A stretch of 64,000 nt of DNA from an uncultured Candidatus Berkelbacteria bacterium (GTDB lineage: Bacteria; Patescibacteriota; UBA1384; UBA12157), in assembly GCA_903877885.1 (NCBI GenBank), contig CAIRFN010000006.1, positions 156,332 through 220,331 on the forward strand, written 5' to 3'. The translations under genes were made by a program, and so were the position numbers. Position 1 is the first letter of the stretch, and every line of letters starts with the position of its first letter. The notes beneath the pieces were generated by a model that worked only from the letters and a program-made list of their open reading frames with translations, was not told the origin of the DNA and did not search any database. Shown in pieces: positions 9,141-17,305 of this stretch.

Positions 9141-10043
9141 ATGAAAAAAATTGTCATTGCTCAACCGATGCATATGTATCCGGATCAAATCGAACGTTTG
9201 AAAAAATTGGGGTCTGTAACTTTTTACGACGAGTTTACTAAATCGTCAAATGAGTGGCTGGAGCGGGTCCAGGGCGCGGATATAATCTGTTCCAACAAGA
9301 CTGGTTTAAAGCAAAAAATCTATGATTTGGAAAATGTCTACATGTCGCTACCGTTTGTCGGCGTTGGTTGGATGGACCTAGAAAAACTAAAGGCCAGAAA
9401 TATTATTGTTTCCTGTTGCCCGGGTTGCAATAAAGAAGCAGTATCTGAATGGATGTTGACTATGATTTTGAATCTGGCTAGGGAAATTCCGGCCATGGTT
9501 AATAATGACAAAATGAAACGCAATTCCTGGACTGACAAAACCGGTTTAGCCGAAAAAAACGTGACGGTTTTAGGTCACGGCAATATCGGTTCGCGTATCG
9601 GCGAGGTTCTAAAAGTTTTATTGATGAATGTAACTTATTTTGACAAAGGCGATAATCTGTTGGAAAAAGTCAAAGATGCGGATTTTGTGGTTAATGCTTT
9701 AAGCGAAAACCCGGGGACGATTGGACTGCTGGACGCTGAATTTTTCCAGTCCCTAAAACAAGGCGTTTATTTTGTCACTATTACCAGTTCCACGCTCTAT
9801 GACGCTGATGCCATGATTAGCGAAATTAAATCCGGCCGGATTGCCGGCGCGGCCGATGATTGCGGCACAATCGATGTGGGCGACTCCAGCGATCCATATT
9901 ATTTGAAATTAACGGCTAATCTGAAGATTCTAACGACGCCGCATATTGCCGCCAGAACCGATGTGACTTGTCGCAAAAGTTACGATATGATGATTGATAA
10001 CATCGAACACTATCTCAAAGGCGAATTGATTAATTTAGTTTAA
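9141..10043 (+). CDS. D-isomer-specific 2-hydroxyacid dehydrogenase family protein
   Basis: NAD-binding VTVLGHGNIGSRIG and the catalytic region TPHIAARTD. Confidence 0.8.
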   Translation: MKKIVIAQPMHMYPDQIERLKKLGSVTFYDEFTKSSNEWLERVQGADIICSNKTGLKQKIYDLENVYMSLPFVGVGWMDLEKLKARNIIVSCCPGCNKEAVSEWMLTMILNLAREIPAMVNNDKMKRNSWTDKTGLAEKNVTVLGHGNIGSRIGEVLKVLLMNVTYFDKGDNLLEKVKDADFVVNALSENPGTIGLLDAEFFQSLKQGVYFVTITSSTLYDADAMISEIKSGRIAGAADDCGTIDVGDSSDPYYLKLTANLKILTTPHIAARTDVTCRKSYDMMIDNIEHYLKGELINLV

Positions 10044-10051
10044 AATAGATA

Positions 10052-10423
10052 TTATTTAGAACCAAATAAACGTTTCCAAAAACCAGGTTTTCTAACAACA
10101 TCTTCTTTTGGTGGTACGCCAACATAACCGATTTCGGTTACTTTGGGTTGCTCTTCTGCTGGTGTTCGATCGTAATGGCTAAAATCGGCTGAAAGCACAT
10201 TGCCATTCGCGTCGGTCATTGGTTTCTGCTCTGGCGCTATTGGTACAGCCATTCGATATTCTGGTTTTGGTTGTTTTGACGGATCTGGTACTTCTAAATG
10301 AGTTGGTCTAGAATTATTTTGAATTGTAGCTTCATCGCTTCCTACATTTTTATTTTCGTCTGTTCCGCTTTGACCTTCTTGTCGAGCAATTTCTTCCATA
10401 TCCATTCCCATGTTTTGTTCCAT
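10052..10423 (-). CDS. Hypothetical low-complexity (Pro/Glu/Gln-rich) protein
   Basis: 123-aa ORF with a disordered-type composition and an amphipathic C-terminus. Confidence 0.35.
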   Translation of the reverse strand: MEQNMGMDMEEIARQEGQSGTDENKNVGSDEATIQNNSRPTHLEVPDPSKQPKPEYRMAVPIAPEQKPMTDANGNVLSADFSHYDRTPAEEQPKVTEIGYVGVPPKEDVVRKPGFWKRLFGSK

Positions 10424-10479
10424 AAAACTCCTTTTTAATTTATTTAACTAAGTATATTTTAGTTCAATCATCATAAAAT

Positions 10480-10513
10480 CACAAATAAAAAACCGCCAAA
10501 TCAATTGGCGGCA
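10480..10513 (-). terminator. Intrinsic terminator overlapping the stop codon of the HTH protein gene
   Basis: ccgccaa-atca-ttggcgg hairpin followed on the minus strand by a U-run. Confidence 0.5.
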
Positions 10514-11187
10514 GAGTTTTGACTAATTCTTTTAATCAGTTTGGAAATTGTGGTTAAATGGACTAAAGTTGATTTAACAATTTTTTCCGCGGTAGCTTGT
10601 TTTTTACCGGCCAAACTAATAATTCTGGTGGCAAAAAGATTGATTAAATCTTTTGTTCTTTCTAAACTTTCGATGGCTGTTTCCTCGATTGATTTTTCCT
10701 TTCCGACAGAAATTATATCTTCCGGCGGGTTCAAATCGTAAATGGCATCGAGAATTTGATCTAAATCTTTTTGATCAAGTTTAGGCAAATGAACCAAGAT
10801 CGATTCTAATGTTATTGGTTCGACTACCAAAACTGTTGGCAATAAAATCGGCGCTTCAATTTCTACTACAGTTTTTCTACCAAGACGAGCCAAGGCAATT
10901 TCTTCGTTTTGTCGATTAATCTCTTTCTCTCGTTCGTAACAATCGGTTGGAATCAAACTTCGGTCAAGTTTAACTAAATCCACTAATTTTTCCATCCATT
11001 CGATTTTGACTAATCGGCCGGATTTCATCATTGAAACCGTACTTAACGGCACTTCGGCTTCGGCGCATAATTCTCTCTGTGCGAAACCTAGAGTTTTTCC
11101 TTTCTCGGCAATTAGTTCTGCCAGTTTCGCCAGCGTCAATGATTTGCCTTCAACCATTGTTTTCTCCTTATCGAATCGGACCACCAA
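10501..11187 (-). CDS. Hypothetical protein with an N-terminal XRE-like HTH
   Basis: LTLAKLAELIAEKGKTLGFAQRELCAEAEVPLSTVSMMKSGR is HTH-like; the rest is uncharacterised. Confidence 0.45.
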   Translation of the reverse strand: MVVRFDKEKTMVEGKSLTLAKLAELIAEKGKTLGFAQRELCAEAEVPLSTVSMMKSGRLVKIEWMEKLVDLVKLDRSLIPTDCYEREKEINRQNEEIALARLGRKTVVEIEAPILLPTVLVVEPITLESILVHLPKLDQKDLDQILDAIYDLNPPEDIISVGKEKSIEETAIESLERTKDLINLFATRIISLAGKKQATAEKIVKSTLVHLTTISKLIKRISQNSAAN

Positions 11188-11222
11188 TATTTTAGCTGGT
11201 TAATAGTCATTTGTCAAGACAA

Positions 11223-11507
11223 TTATGATAAATAGGCTATTAACCGATAAGCTATAAGAACAAGAAATCCGGCGCCAAGTAACAGGCTGAAGCATAGATG
11301 TATATTTCTCGTAAATTTTACACTAGTGTAGCCTAGCACAAAAGCGAGAAATAAACAGATCCAAATACTGATACTCCAGCTATCCAAACAAGCTTTATCT
11401 ATGACGACTTCAAGTTCAGCCAAGATAAAGGTGGAAACCGCGGCCAGGTGGTAGGTTTGATGTTCGTTGTCAGGTTTGGCATTTTCAATTGTCAAATCTT
11501 CAAACAA
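11223..11507 (-). CDS. Hypothetical small membrane protein
   Basis: 94 aa with two hydrophobic segments. Confidence 0.3.
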   Translation of the reverse strand: MFEDLTIENAKPDNEHQTYHLAAVSTFILAELEVVIDKACLDSWSISIWICLFLAFVLGYTSVKFTRNIHLCFSLLLGAGFLVLIAYRLIAYLS

Positions 11508-11559
11508 GCAAAGCCTCCTTGAAAGTTGGTTGCGCTCGCTTCCATTTTACCGAACCAAC

Positions 11560-11618
11560 CTTTTTTATGTCAACAAAAACAGGTCAGAAATATCAGTTCT
11601 TGATATCTTCGACCTGTT
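11560..11618 (-). terminator. Intrinsic terminator immediately 3' of tmRNA
   Basis: aacaggtc ... gacctgtt long hairpin followed (on the minus strand) by UUUUUG. Confidence 0.6.
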
Positions 11619-11623
11619 TTTTG

Positions 11624-11945
11624 TGGTGGAGCTGACGAGAATTGCACTCGTGTCCAAAAAGATTTTGACACAATTCTTTAAAAACAAGTTTAAATTTGTC
11701 TTCGTTTTTTCTTCTATCGACTAAGACAACCTAGATAGATATAGACCAAATTGTGACGCCCGTTCTCTCCGGTTGGTCATCAAAGAGACAGACGCTGCTG
11801 TAAAGCTTAAGCTATTAGGCTAGAGCTAAGGCAGGTGTAAACGTATTTTTTGCGTTTAACATTTTGCCATTTGATTTAACGAGTCAAAATGACGTGCTCG
11901 ACTTGAAATTGTGGGTTGATCTTCCTGTCGAATCTAAACAGCCCC
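11624..11945 (-). ncRNA. ssrA: tmRNA (SsrA), one-piece; predicted tag AKNTFTPALALA
   Basis: The minus-strand 5' end GGGGCUGUUUAGAUUCGACAGG matches the tmRNA acceptor strand plus the UUCGAC motif. The 3' end GGACACGAG-UGCAAUU-CUCGU-CAGCUCC-A-CCA parallels the E. coli 3' end, including the G3:U70 pair. The internal frame GCA AAA AAU ACG UUU ACA CCU GCC UUA GCU CUA GCC UAA UAG sits at plus 11812-11853. Confidence 0.85.
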
Positions 11946-11955
11946 ATTGACTAGA

Positions 11956-11984
11956 ACTATATCATAATTTTAACAAAAAATCAA
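11956..11984 (-). promoter_or_regulatory. sigma70-like promoter for ssrA (TTGATT-17-TATAGT on the minus strand)
   Basis: The reverse complement of 11956-11984 reads TTGATT, a 17-nt spacer, then TATAGT, about 10 nt upstream of the mature 5' G. Confidence 0.45.
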
Positions 11985-12077
11985 TCATTTGACTTGCATT
12001 TTCAATTGCTAAAATCACTAAAACGATTTTTGTTAGATGTGGATAAGTTTCAGATTAACAGGTTCGGGGTCGAACCC

Positions 12078-12105
12078 TTGACAAAGTTGACAGATCTGGT
12101 ACAAT
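12078..12105 (+). promoter_or_regulatory. sigma70-like promoter (TTGACA-16-TACAAT) upstream of the CHAP hydrolase leader
   Basis: TTGACA at 12078-12083 and TACAAT at 12100-12105. Confidence 0.45.
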
Positions 12106-12184
12106 TAAAAACGTGTTAACTAAAAAAAGCCGACAAAACGTTGGCGTTGGTTAACGCAAAGAGATCAGTAGTTGACTTACAGTA

Positions 12185-12380
12185 CTTTAAGAGGATGGGG
12201 CTCAGTTATTCGACTCTTTTCATTGGAGGTCATCATTTGTACACCCGCTCATTCGGGGCTTCAGTTTACAGCCCTCGTAAGGGGACAGGCTCAAGGGGAT
12301 GCACCAAAAACAAACCTCAAACAAAAACAAAACAAAATTGACTCAAATAACAATCTAATTGCTCTAACACGCCCATTTTG
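12185..12380 (+). promoter_or_regulatory. Structured GC-rich 5' leader (candidate riboswitch or attenuator) of the CHAP hydrolase gene
   Basis: A GC-rich block of roughly 110 nt contains the hairpin GGGGCU-UCAGUUUAC-AGCCCU and repeated AAGGGGA motifs. It is followed by an A-rich tract and a CGCCC-AUUUU-GGGCG hairpin. No canonical in-frame start precedes the signal peptide. Confidence 0.3.
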
Positions 12381-12984
12381 GGCGGGGGGATTTGTTGCTC
12401 TTGGAATTGTGGCTAGTTTATTTTTAAACGCGCCTCAAGCCCATGCGGCGATTGGTTGGAGCGATAGCATGATTGCTCAAAAAGTTTTGGCTGATGCGAC
12501 GCCGTTAGCGGTGGCGAATAACCAGCCGACTGAGTCAATTAATCCTACTGCTTCTAGCGCAGATGATTTTATCGAGAAGCCATTCGTGGCCGAGACAAAA
12601 ATCACTCCGCCGGATCCACCAAAAGTTTTGGCTTCAAGTTATCGACGGACGCCAGCCGACTATTCATTGGTCACTGGACCGCATTACTTTCCATATGGCT
12701 ATTGTACTTATTACGTTTCCCAAAAAAGAACTATTTCTTGGTCGGGAAACGCAGGGACATGGCTTAGTGGAGCAAAATCTTTTGGCTATTCGATTGGCGA
12801 TGAACCAAAACCAGGTGCCATTTTGGTAACTGCAGAAGGCGGTCGCGCCGGTCATGTAGCCTATGTTGAATCTGTTAACGCCGACAGTTTTACCGTTTCT
12901 GAAATGAACTATAAAGGTTACGGTATTGTGTCTAGTCGAACCATCCCAGATTCATATGGCGCAATCAAAGGGTTTATCTATTAA
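12358..12984 (+). CDS. Secreted CHAP-domain peptidoglycan hydrolase (amidase/endopeptidase); start uncertain
   Basis: Signal peptide ALTRPFWAGGFVALGIVASLFLNAPQAHA/A, then a CHAP domain (FPYGYCTYYV...GHVAYVESV, Cys and His spaced as expected). The frame is open back to TTG 12172, but that part is leader-like. The only start flush with the signal peptide is ATT at 12358; ATG 12466 is an alternative. Confidence 0.65.
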   Translation: MALTRPFWAGGFVALGIVASLFLNAPQAHAAIGWSDSMIAQKVLADATPLAVANNQPTESINPTASSADDFIEKPFVAETKITPPDPPKVLASSYRRTPADYSLVTGPHYFPYGYCTYYVSQKRTISWSGNAGTWLSGAKSFGYSIGDEPKPGAILVTAEGGRAGHVAYVESVNADSFTVSEMNYKGYGIVSSRTIPDSYGAIKGFIY

Positions 12985-13000
12985 TTTGGTGATATCAAAA

Positions 13001-13036
13001 AGAGGAAATCGCAACAGCGAAATCCTCTTTTTTAGT
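13001..13036. terminator. Bidirectional terminator between the CHAP gene and smpB
   Basis: A-run, gaggaaatcgc-aaca-gcgaaatcctc hairpin, T-run. Confidence 0.55.
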
Positions 13037-13051
13037 ATGTAAAATTTTTTA

Positions 13052-13468
13052 TTAATTTAGTTCTCTGGCGGCGGTTCGGTTTAAATCGCGTTTTTTGAGT
13101 TCTTGCCGATGGTCATAGATTTTTTTGCCGCGAGCTAAGGCAATTTCTAATTTGGCATGGCCTTTTTTAATATAGAGCGCTAGAGGAATGAGCGATAAGC
13201 CTTTTTGTTGGGTTTTACCGATCAGCGAACGAATCTGACTTTTGTGAAGTAATAATTTGCGGCTGCGTTCCGGCTCTTTGACGAGAGAAATATGCATATT
13301 TAAAACCCAAGCCTCATTATCCGAAACACGACAAAAAGTGCCATTCAGATTGGCTCGATGAGCCCGAATCGCTTTAATCTCTTCGCCAGTCAAAACTAGT
13401 CCGGCTTCAAACTTTTCCAGAATTTCATATTCCAGATTGGCTAATTTGTTTTGAGCTATATATGACAT
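13052..13468 (-). CDS. smpB: SsrA-binding protein
   Basis: 138 aa with an SmpB-like N-terminal region (LVLTGEEIKAIR) and a basic C-terminal tail (GKKIYDHRQELKKRD). Confidence 0.9.
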   Translation of the reverse strand: MSYIAQNKLANLEYEILEKFEAGLVLTGEEIKAIRAHRANLNGTFCRVSDNEAWVLNMHISLVKEPERSRKLLLHKSQIRSLIGKTQQKGLSLIPLALYIKKGHAKLEIALARGKKIYDHRQELKKRDLNRTAARELN

Positions 13469-13527
13469 TAATATTATTGTACCTGAAAAATCCCCAAAAA
13501 ACTAGATTGCAAAATTGTGAATTTCTA

Positions 13528-13557
13528 ACCTCACCTCCACTTCCGAAGTGGCGGTGG
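13528..13557. repeat. REP-like palindromic element, copy A (core CCACTTCCGAAGTGG)
   Basis: acctcacctccacttccgaagtggcggtgg; a near-identical sequence recurs at 13996, 14711 and 40472. Confidence 0.75.
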
Positions 13558-13576
13558 TTGTGTTTATGAAATAAAA

Positions 13577-13599
13577 ACCTCATAAAAAATATGAGGTGT
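13577..13599 (-). terminator. Terminator hairpin downstream of the 90-aa ORF
   Basis: cctcata-aaaaa-tatgagg followed by a minus-strand U-run. Confidence 0.45.
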
Positions 13600-13635
13600 T
13601 TGTTTATGGTTGGAATAGTTTTGTTTTGTCTAATT

Positions 13636-13908
13636 TTATTTTTTAGCTCTTTCTCTCATTTCGTCTAAGCCACGATTTTTTTCTTCTTCCATGACAGCTT
13701 TCCAGGTTTGATTTAATCTGCTAGCAATTCGATCGGCGCGTTCTCTTCCATCTTCGCCACCACATGTTACTAATTCTGGTGGAATCGTAATAATTATGTG
13801 GGCGCCATCAGGGTAATCTGCGTGTACGCATTGGAGTTTAAAAGGACCATCAGTTGAAGCCCTTTTAACTCCTTCAGGAAGCCATTGCATCAAATTCTCA
13901 TTTGCCAC
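13636..13908 (-). CDS. Hypothetical small protein between two REP copies
   Basis: 90-aa ORF with no recognisable domain, bounded by REP A and REP B. Confidence 0.4.
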   Translation of the reverse strand: MANENLMQWLPEGVKRASTDGPFKLQCVHADYPDGAHIIITIPPELVTCGGEDGRERADRIASRLNQTWKAVMEEEKNRGLDEMRERAKK

Positions 13909-13995
13909 GGAATATCTCCTTTATGTAAGGGGTGTTTTGCTAATTTAAATATAACAAAATTTAAATCCAAAGCAATAGATTATCTTACGAATTAA

Positions 13996-14025
13996 ACCTC
14001 GCTTCCACTTCCGAAGTGGCGGTGG
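13996..14025. repeat. REP-like palindromic element, copy B
   Basis: acctcgcttccacttccgaagtggcggtgg, 12 nt upstream of the transposase ATG. Confidence 0.75.
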
Positions 14026-14037
14026 TAGAATATAGCT

Positions 14038-14706
14038 ATGAGAAAAGATCCGTTGGTTAATGGACAATGTTATCATATATTCAGTCGAAGCATTGCTAAA
14101 TATATTATTTTTAATAATAGCAGTGACTTTGAGAGGTTGATTGAGCTCATCGATCTTTATCGATTTAATGATTTTTTTTATAAATACTCAGGTTTTCTTG
14201 AGCTAAATGCTTTTTTTAGATTAAAATATGTAGAAGGTTTGAAACTAACGAGTTCAAAATCAGTTGAAATAATTTCTTATTCAATCATGCCGACTCATAT
14301 TCATTTAACACTTAAACAATTAGTGGATGGTGGGATTTCGAAATATATGGCAAAGATTTTGAATAGTTATACTCGATATTTTAATATTCAACATCAGAGA
14401 AAAGGCCCGTTGTGGGAGGGAAAATTTCAAAGCGTCTTAGTCAATGACGACGATCAGTTATTGCATTTAACCAGATATCATCATCTTAATCCTGTTTCGG
14501 CAGGGCTAGTTACTAAACCAGAAGATTGGACTTACTCGTCTTATAAAGAATATCTTGATGATCTAGAGGTAGATGGCTTTTGTGATTTTAAGGATCTAAT
14601 TGTTTTCAATCGTGACCAATATAAAAAATTTGTTGAAGACCGAATTGATTATCAAAAGAAATTATCAGAAATAAAACATTTAATATTTAACGATTATAGT
14701 GGTTAA
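14038..14706 (+). CDS. REP-associated tyrosine transposase (RAYT) / IS200-like HuH transposase, COG1943 family
   Basis: N-terminal YHIFSRSIAKYIIF (compare YHVxxRG..IF), HuH motif MPTHIHLTL, and a C-terminal LTRYHHLNPVSAGLV..PEDWTYSSY that resembles RayT DYIYINPVKHGWV..SDWPFSTF, including the catalytic Tyr. It is flanked by REP copies. Confidence 0.7.
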   Translation: MRKDPLVNGQCYHIFSRSIAKYIIFNNSSDFERLIELIDLYRFNDFFYKYSGFLELNAFFRLKYVEGLKLTSSKSVEIISYSIMPTHIHLTLKQLVDGGISKYMAKILNSYTRYFNIQHQRKGPLWEGKFQSVLVNDDDQLLHLTRYHHLNPVSAGLVTKPEDWTYSSYKEYLDDLEVDGFCDFKDLIVFNRDQYKKFVEDRIDYQKKLSEIKHLIFNDYSG

Positions 14707-14710
14707 TTTA

Positions 14711-14743
14711 ACCTCACCTCCACTTCCGAAGTGGCGGTGAGGT
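14711..14743. repeat. REP-like palindromic element, copy C (full outer stem ACCTCAC/GTGAGGT)
   Basis: acctcacctccacttccgaagtggcggtgaggt, directly after the transposase stop. Confidence 0.75.
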
Positions 14744-14781
14744 TTGACAAAATTGGAAAGCTTTCGTAGTATGGAATTACT

Positions 14782-15207
14782 ATGACTATTAAATTTCAAA
14801 AACTTTTTCCAGATGTAATCTTGCCAGGTTATACTCATGCTGCAGATGCCGGCATGGATTTGCGAACGCGTGAAGCTAAAATTTTGGCGCCAGGCGAACG
14901 ATATTGTTTTAAAACCGGTTTTGCTATGGCTATTCCCGATGGCTATGTTGGTTTAGTTTGGGACCGATCTGGATTAGCGCTCAAAGAAGGTTTAACTTGT
15001 TTGGCCGGCGTAGTTGATTCTGGCTACCGAGGTGAAGTTGGCGTTGTTGCGCTAAACACATCTGACAAAAATATTGAAATTGAAGTAAATGATCGCGTTG
15101 CGCAAATGTTAATCCAACCAGTCGAAATTTGTGAAATAGAAGTTGTCGATGAATTATCAAATAGCGAGAGGGGCGAAGGAGGCTTTGGTGCCAGCGGAAA
15201 AAAATGA
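14782..15207 (+). CDS. dut: dUTP diphosphatase
   Basis: GVVDSGYRGEV and [10 protein letters not shown] motifs; 141 aa. Confidence 0.9.
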   Translation: MTIKFQKLFPDVILPGYTHAADAGMDLRTREAKILAPGERYCFKTGFAMAIPDGYVGLVWDRSGLALKEGLTCLAGVVDSGYRGEVGVVALNTSDKNIEIEVNDRVAQMLIQPVEICEIEVVDELSNSERGEGGFGASGKK

Positions 15208-15811
15208 ATTTAAACCTTGGAAACGTCTCTCTTGGGACGAGTTTTTTATGCGCATCGCCATTACCGCGACCGGGCGTGTTTCTTGCAATTACCATCGAAT
15301 TGCCTCTGTTTACGTTGATGATGATCATAAAATAATTTCGATTGGCTACAATGGTCCGTCGGTTGGTGACTACGATGGCAATGTTTATGGTTGCGCTAAA
15401 GTTGATGGCGACCCGATGTCTGGCGAAATTCGCCGTTGTCGCGGTGTTCACAGCGAAGTTAACGGTATTATCAATGCTTTTGACACGCGCAGACTTAAAA
15501 ACGCCACGCTCTACATTACTCAATTTCCTTGTTATGACTGCATGAAAGTTTTGAATAACGTCGGGATTAAAAAAATTATTTATCTTCATAATTATTTACG
15601 AGTTAAAGATGGCTCGGACGGTAATGATCGCCATCCTGAACCGGAAGCCATTGAGCTCGCGCATCGTAGAGGGATTATTTTAGAGCAATTTAGATTTGCC
15701 GATGACGCGGTTTTTGATTTTCCGGACGAAAAAAAGCGTGTTGATGAAGTTAATAATTTTAAAAAAGAATCGGTTAAAAAAACGATCGAGGATCATGAAT
15801 CAAGATTTTAA
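15188..15811 (+). CDS. dCMP deaminase (ComEB-type cytidine/deoxycytidylate deaminase)
   Basis: Zinc motifs HSEVNGI (H-x-E) and PCYDC; the N-terminus is [13 protein letters not shown] start at 15188 is preferred (GGAGG 5 nt upstream). The frame is open from 15143 and overlaps the end of dut. Confidence 0.8.
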   Translation: MPAEKNEFKPWKRLSWDEFFMRIAITATGRVSCNYHRIASVYVDDDHKIISIGYNGPSVGDYDGNVYGCAKVDGDPMSGEIRRCRGVHSEVNGIINAFDTRRLKNATLYITQFPCYDCMKVLNNVGIKKIIYLHNYLRVKDGSDGNDRHPEPEAIELAHRRGIILEQFRFADDAVFDFPDEKKRVDEVNNFKKESVKKTIEDHESRF

Positions 15812-15822
15812 AAAGGAGAAAA

Positions 15823-16812
15823 ATGCCAGAGAAAATAAAGTTGAAGTTGACCGATGAAACACATCCCGAATATCAATATTTGAATTTAATTAAAGATATT
15901 CTTGCTAACGGGTCTGATAAGCCGCTTTTTGGTCATGAAGGCGAAGAAATTTTTATTCGCAGTGTTTTTGGTCGCCAAACTCGATATGACCTTTCTAAAG
16001 GTTTCCCTCTTCTTACAACCAAAAAAGTTTTTATGCGTGGGATTATTCATGAACTTTTGTGGTTTTTAAAAGGCGATTCTAATATTAAATATCTGGTTGA
16101 TAATGATGTTCATATCTGGGACGAATGGGCTTACAAATACTATAATATTGCTGCCAAAAAAGGCGAAGTCTTAAAATTAACTCAAGAAGAATTTATTGCC
16201 AAAATTAAAGAATTGCCGGCTGATGATCCGAGTGTTAAGCGTTGGGGCGATTTAGGCAACGTTTATGGTGTGCAATGGAGGAAATGGCAGACTGGTGATG
16301 GTCGTTTTATCGATCAGCTGGCTTGGGCAATTAGCGAATTAAAAACCAACCCATATCGTAAATCGATTATGGTTTCGGCTTGGAATCCAGAGTTTATTTA
16401 CGAGATGGCCTTGCCAGGCAAATCCATGGCTATTGCGCCGTGCCATACTATCTATCAGTTTGTGGTTAATAACGATAAATTATCATTACAACTTTACCAA
16501 CGCAGTGCTGATACCTTTTTGGGCGTGCCGTTTAATATTGCTAGCTATGCTTTATTAACCATGATGGTGGCTCAAGTTATTGGGTTAAAACCAGGAGAAT
16601 TTGTTCATACTTTTGGTGATGTTCATCTGTATTCCAATCATTTTGAACAAGCCAAAGAACAAATTGAGCGCGAGCCAAAGCCTTTCCCAACCATGAAAAT
16701 TAATCCAAAAGTTAAGAATATCGATGATTTTAAATTTGAAGATTTCGAAGTCGTGGGTTACGATCCGCATCCGCCTATCAAAGGTGACATTACCGTAATC
16801 GGAGGATTTTAA
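15823..16812 (+). CDS. thyA: Thymidylate synthase (ThyA)
   Basis: RYDL, the active-site PCH in [10 protein letters not shown], and [16 protein letters not shown]; 329 aa. Confidence 0.9.
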   Translation: MPEKIKLKLTDETHPEYQYLNLIKDILANGSDKPLFGHEGEEIFIRSVFGRQTRYDLSKGFPLLTTKKVFMRGIIHELLWFLKGDSNIKYLVDNDVHIWDEWAYKYYNIAAKKGEVLKLTQEEFIAKIKELPADDPSVKRWGDLGNVYGVQWRKWQTGDGRFIDQLAWAISELKTNPYRKSIMVSAWNPEFIYEMALPGKSMAIAPCHTIYQFVVNNDKLSLQLYQRSADTFLGVPFNIASYALLTMMVAQVIGLKPGEFVHTFGDVHLYSNHFEQAKEQIEREPKPFPTMKINPKVKNIDDFKFEDFEVVGYDPHPPIKGDITVIGGF

Positions 16813-17304
16813 TTGAATAAACCAAAAATTAGCATCATTGTGGCTGTGGGTAAAAACCGAGAGATTGGTAAAAATAATCAACTCCTTTGGCATTTGCCGG
16901 AAGATTTAAAACGGTTTAAGGAGCTGACCACCAATCATCCGATTATTATGGGTGAGCGGACGTTCAATTCCATCGGCCGGGTTTTGCCAAATCGGACCAA
17001 TATTGTTTTGTCGCAAGATGCTAATTTAAAAATTGATGGGGCGATTGTTTGCAGTTCAATTCCCAAAGCAATCGAAGTGGCCCAAAAACACGATGACGAG
17101 GAAATCTTTATTATTGGTGGCGCTTCGATTTACGCTCAAACCATCGATTTGGCTGATAAGTTGTATCTCACTTTGGTGGACCAAAACTTTGATGCCGATG
17201 TCTTTTTCCCGGATTACTCAAAATTTGATAAAATAATATCAGAAAGCGAATTGCAACAATCTGGCGATTTATCATTCAAATATTTAGTTTTAGAAAGAGG
17301 TTAA
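16813..17304 (+). CDS. folA: Dihydrofolate reductase
   Basis: [31 protein letters not shown] and IIMGERTF; 163 aa. Confidence 0.85.
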   Translation: MNKPKISIIVAVGKNREIGKNNQLLWHLPEDLKRFKELTTNHPIIMGERTFNSIGRVLPNRTNIVLSQDANLKIDGAIVCSSIPKAIEVAQKHDDEEIFIIGGASIYAQTIDLADKLYLTLVDQNFDADVFFPDYSKFDKIISESELQQSGDLSFKYLVLERG

Positions 17305-17305
17305 T

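Noticed and set aside
11467-11724. 85-aa ORF, plus the ORF at 12141..12341.
   Set aside because: They overlap the tmRNA gene and terminator or the CHAP leader, and have no Shine-Dalgarno, codon or compositional support.
12185-12621. A possible plus-strand tmRNA, suggested by the 5' GGGGCUCAGUUAUUCGAC and a downstream CUCCGCCGGAUCCACCA resembling the tmRNA 3' end.
   Set aside because: There is no T-arm (GGUUCGA-type stem-loop) before the putative CCA. The acceptor strands do not pair. The downstream segment is the in-frame coding sequence (PPDPPK linker) of the CHAP protein. The genuine tmRNA was found on the opposite strand at 11624-11945.
13528-14743. A CRISPR array, considered because of the repeated 30-nt palindromic sequences.
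   Set aside because: There are only three local copies with irregular spacing of about 470 and 715 nt, and they are separated by genes. A fourth copy acts as a terminator 26 kb away. There are no cas genes. The copies fit REP elements instead.
14981-15589. 202-aa minus-strand ORF.
   Set aside because: It is antisense to dut and the dCMP deaminase gene, both of which carry clear catalytic motifs.
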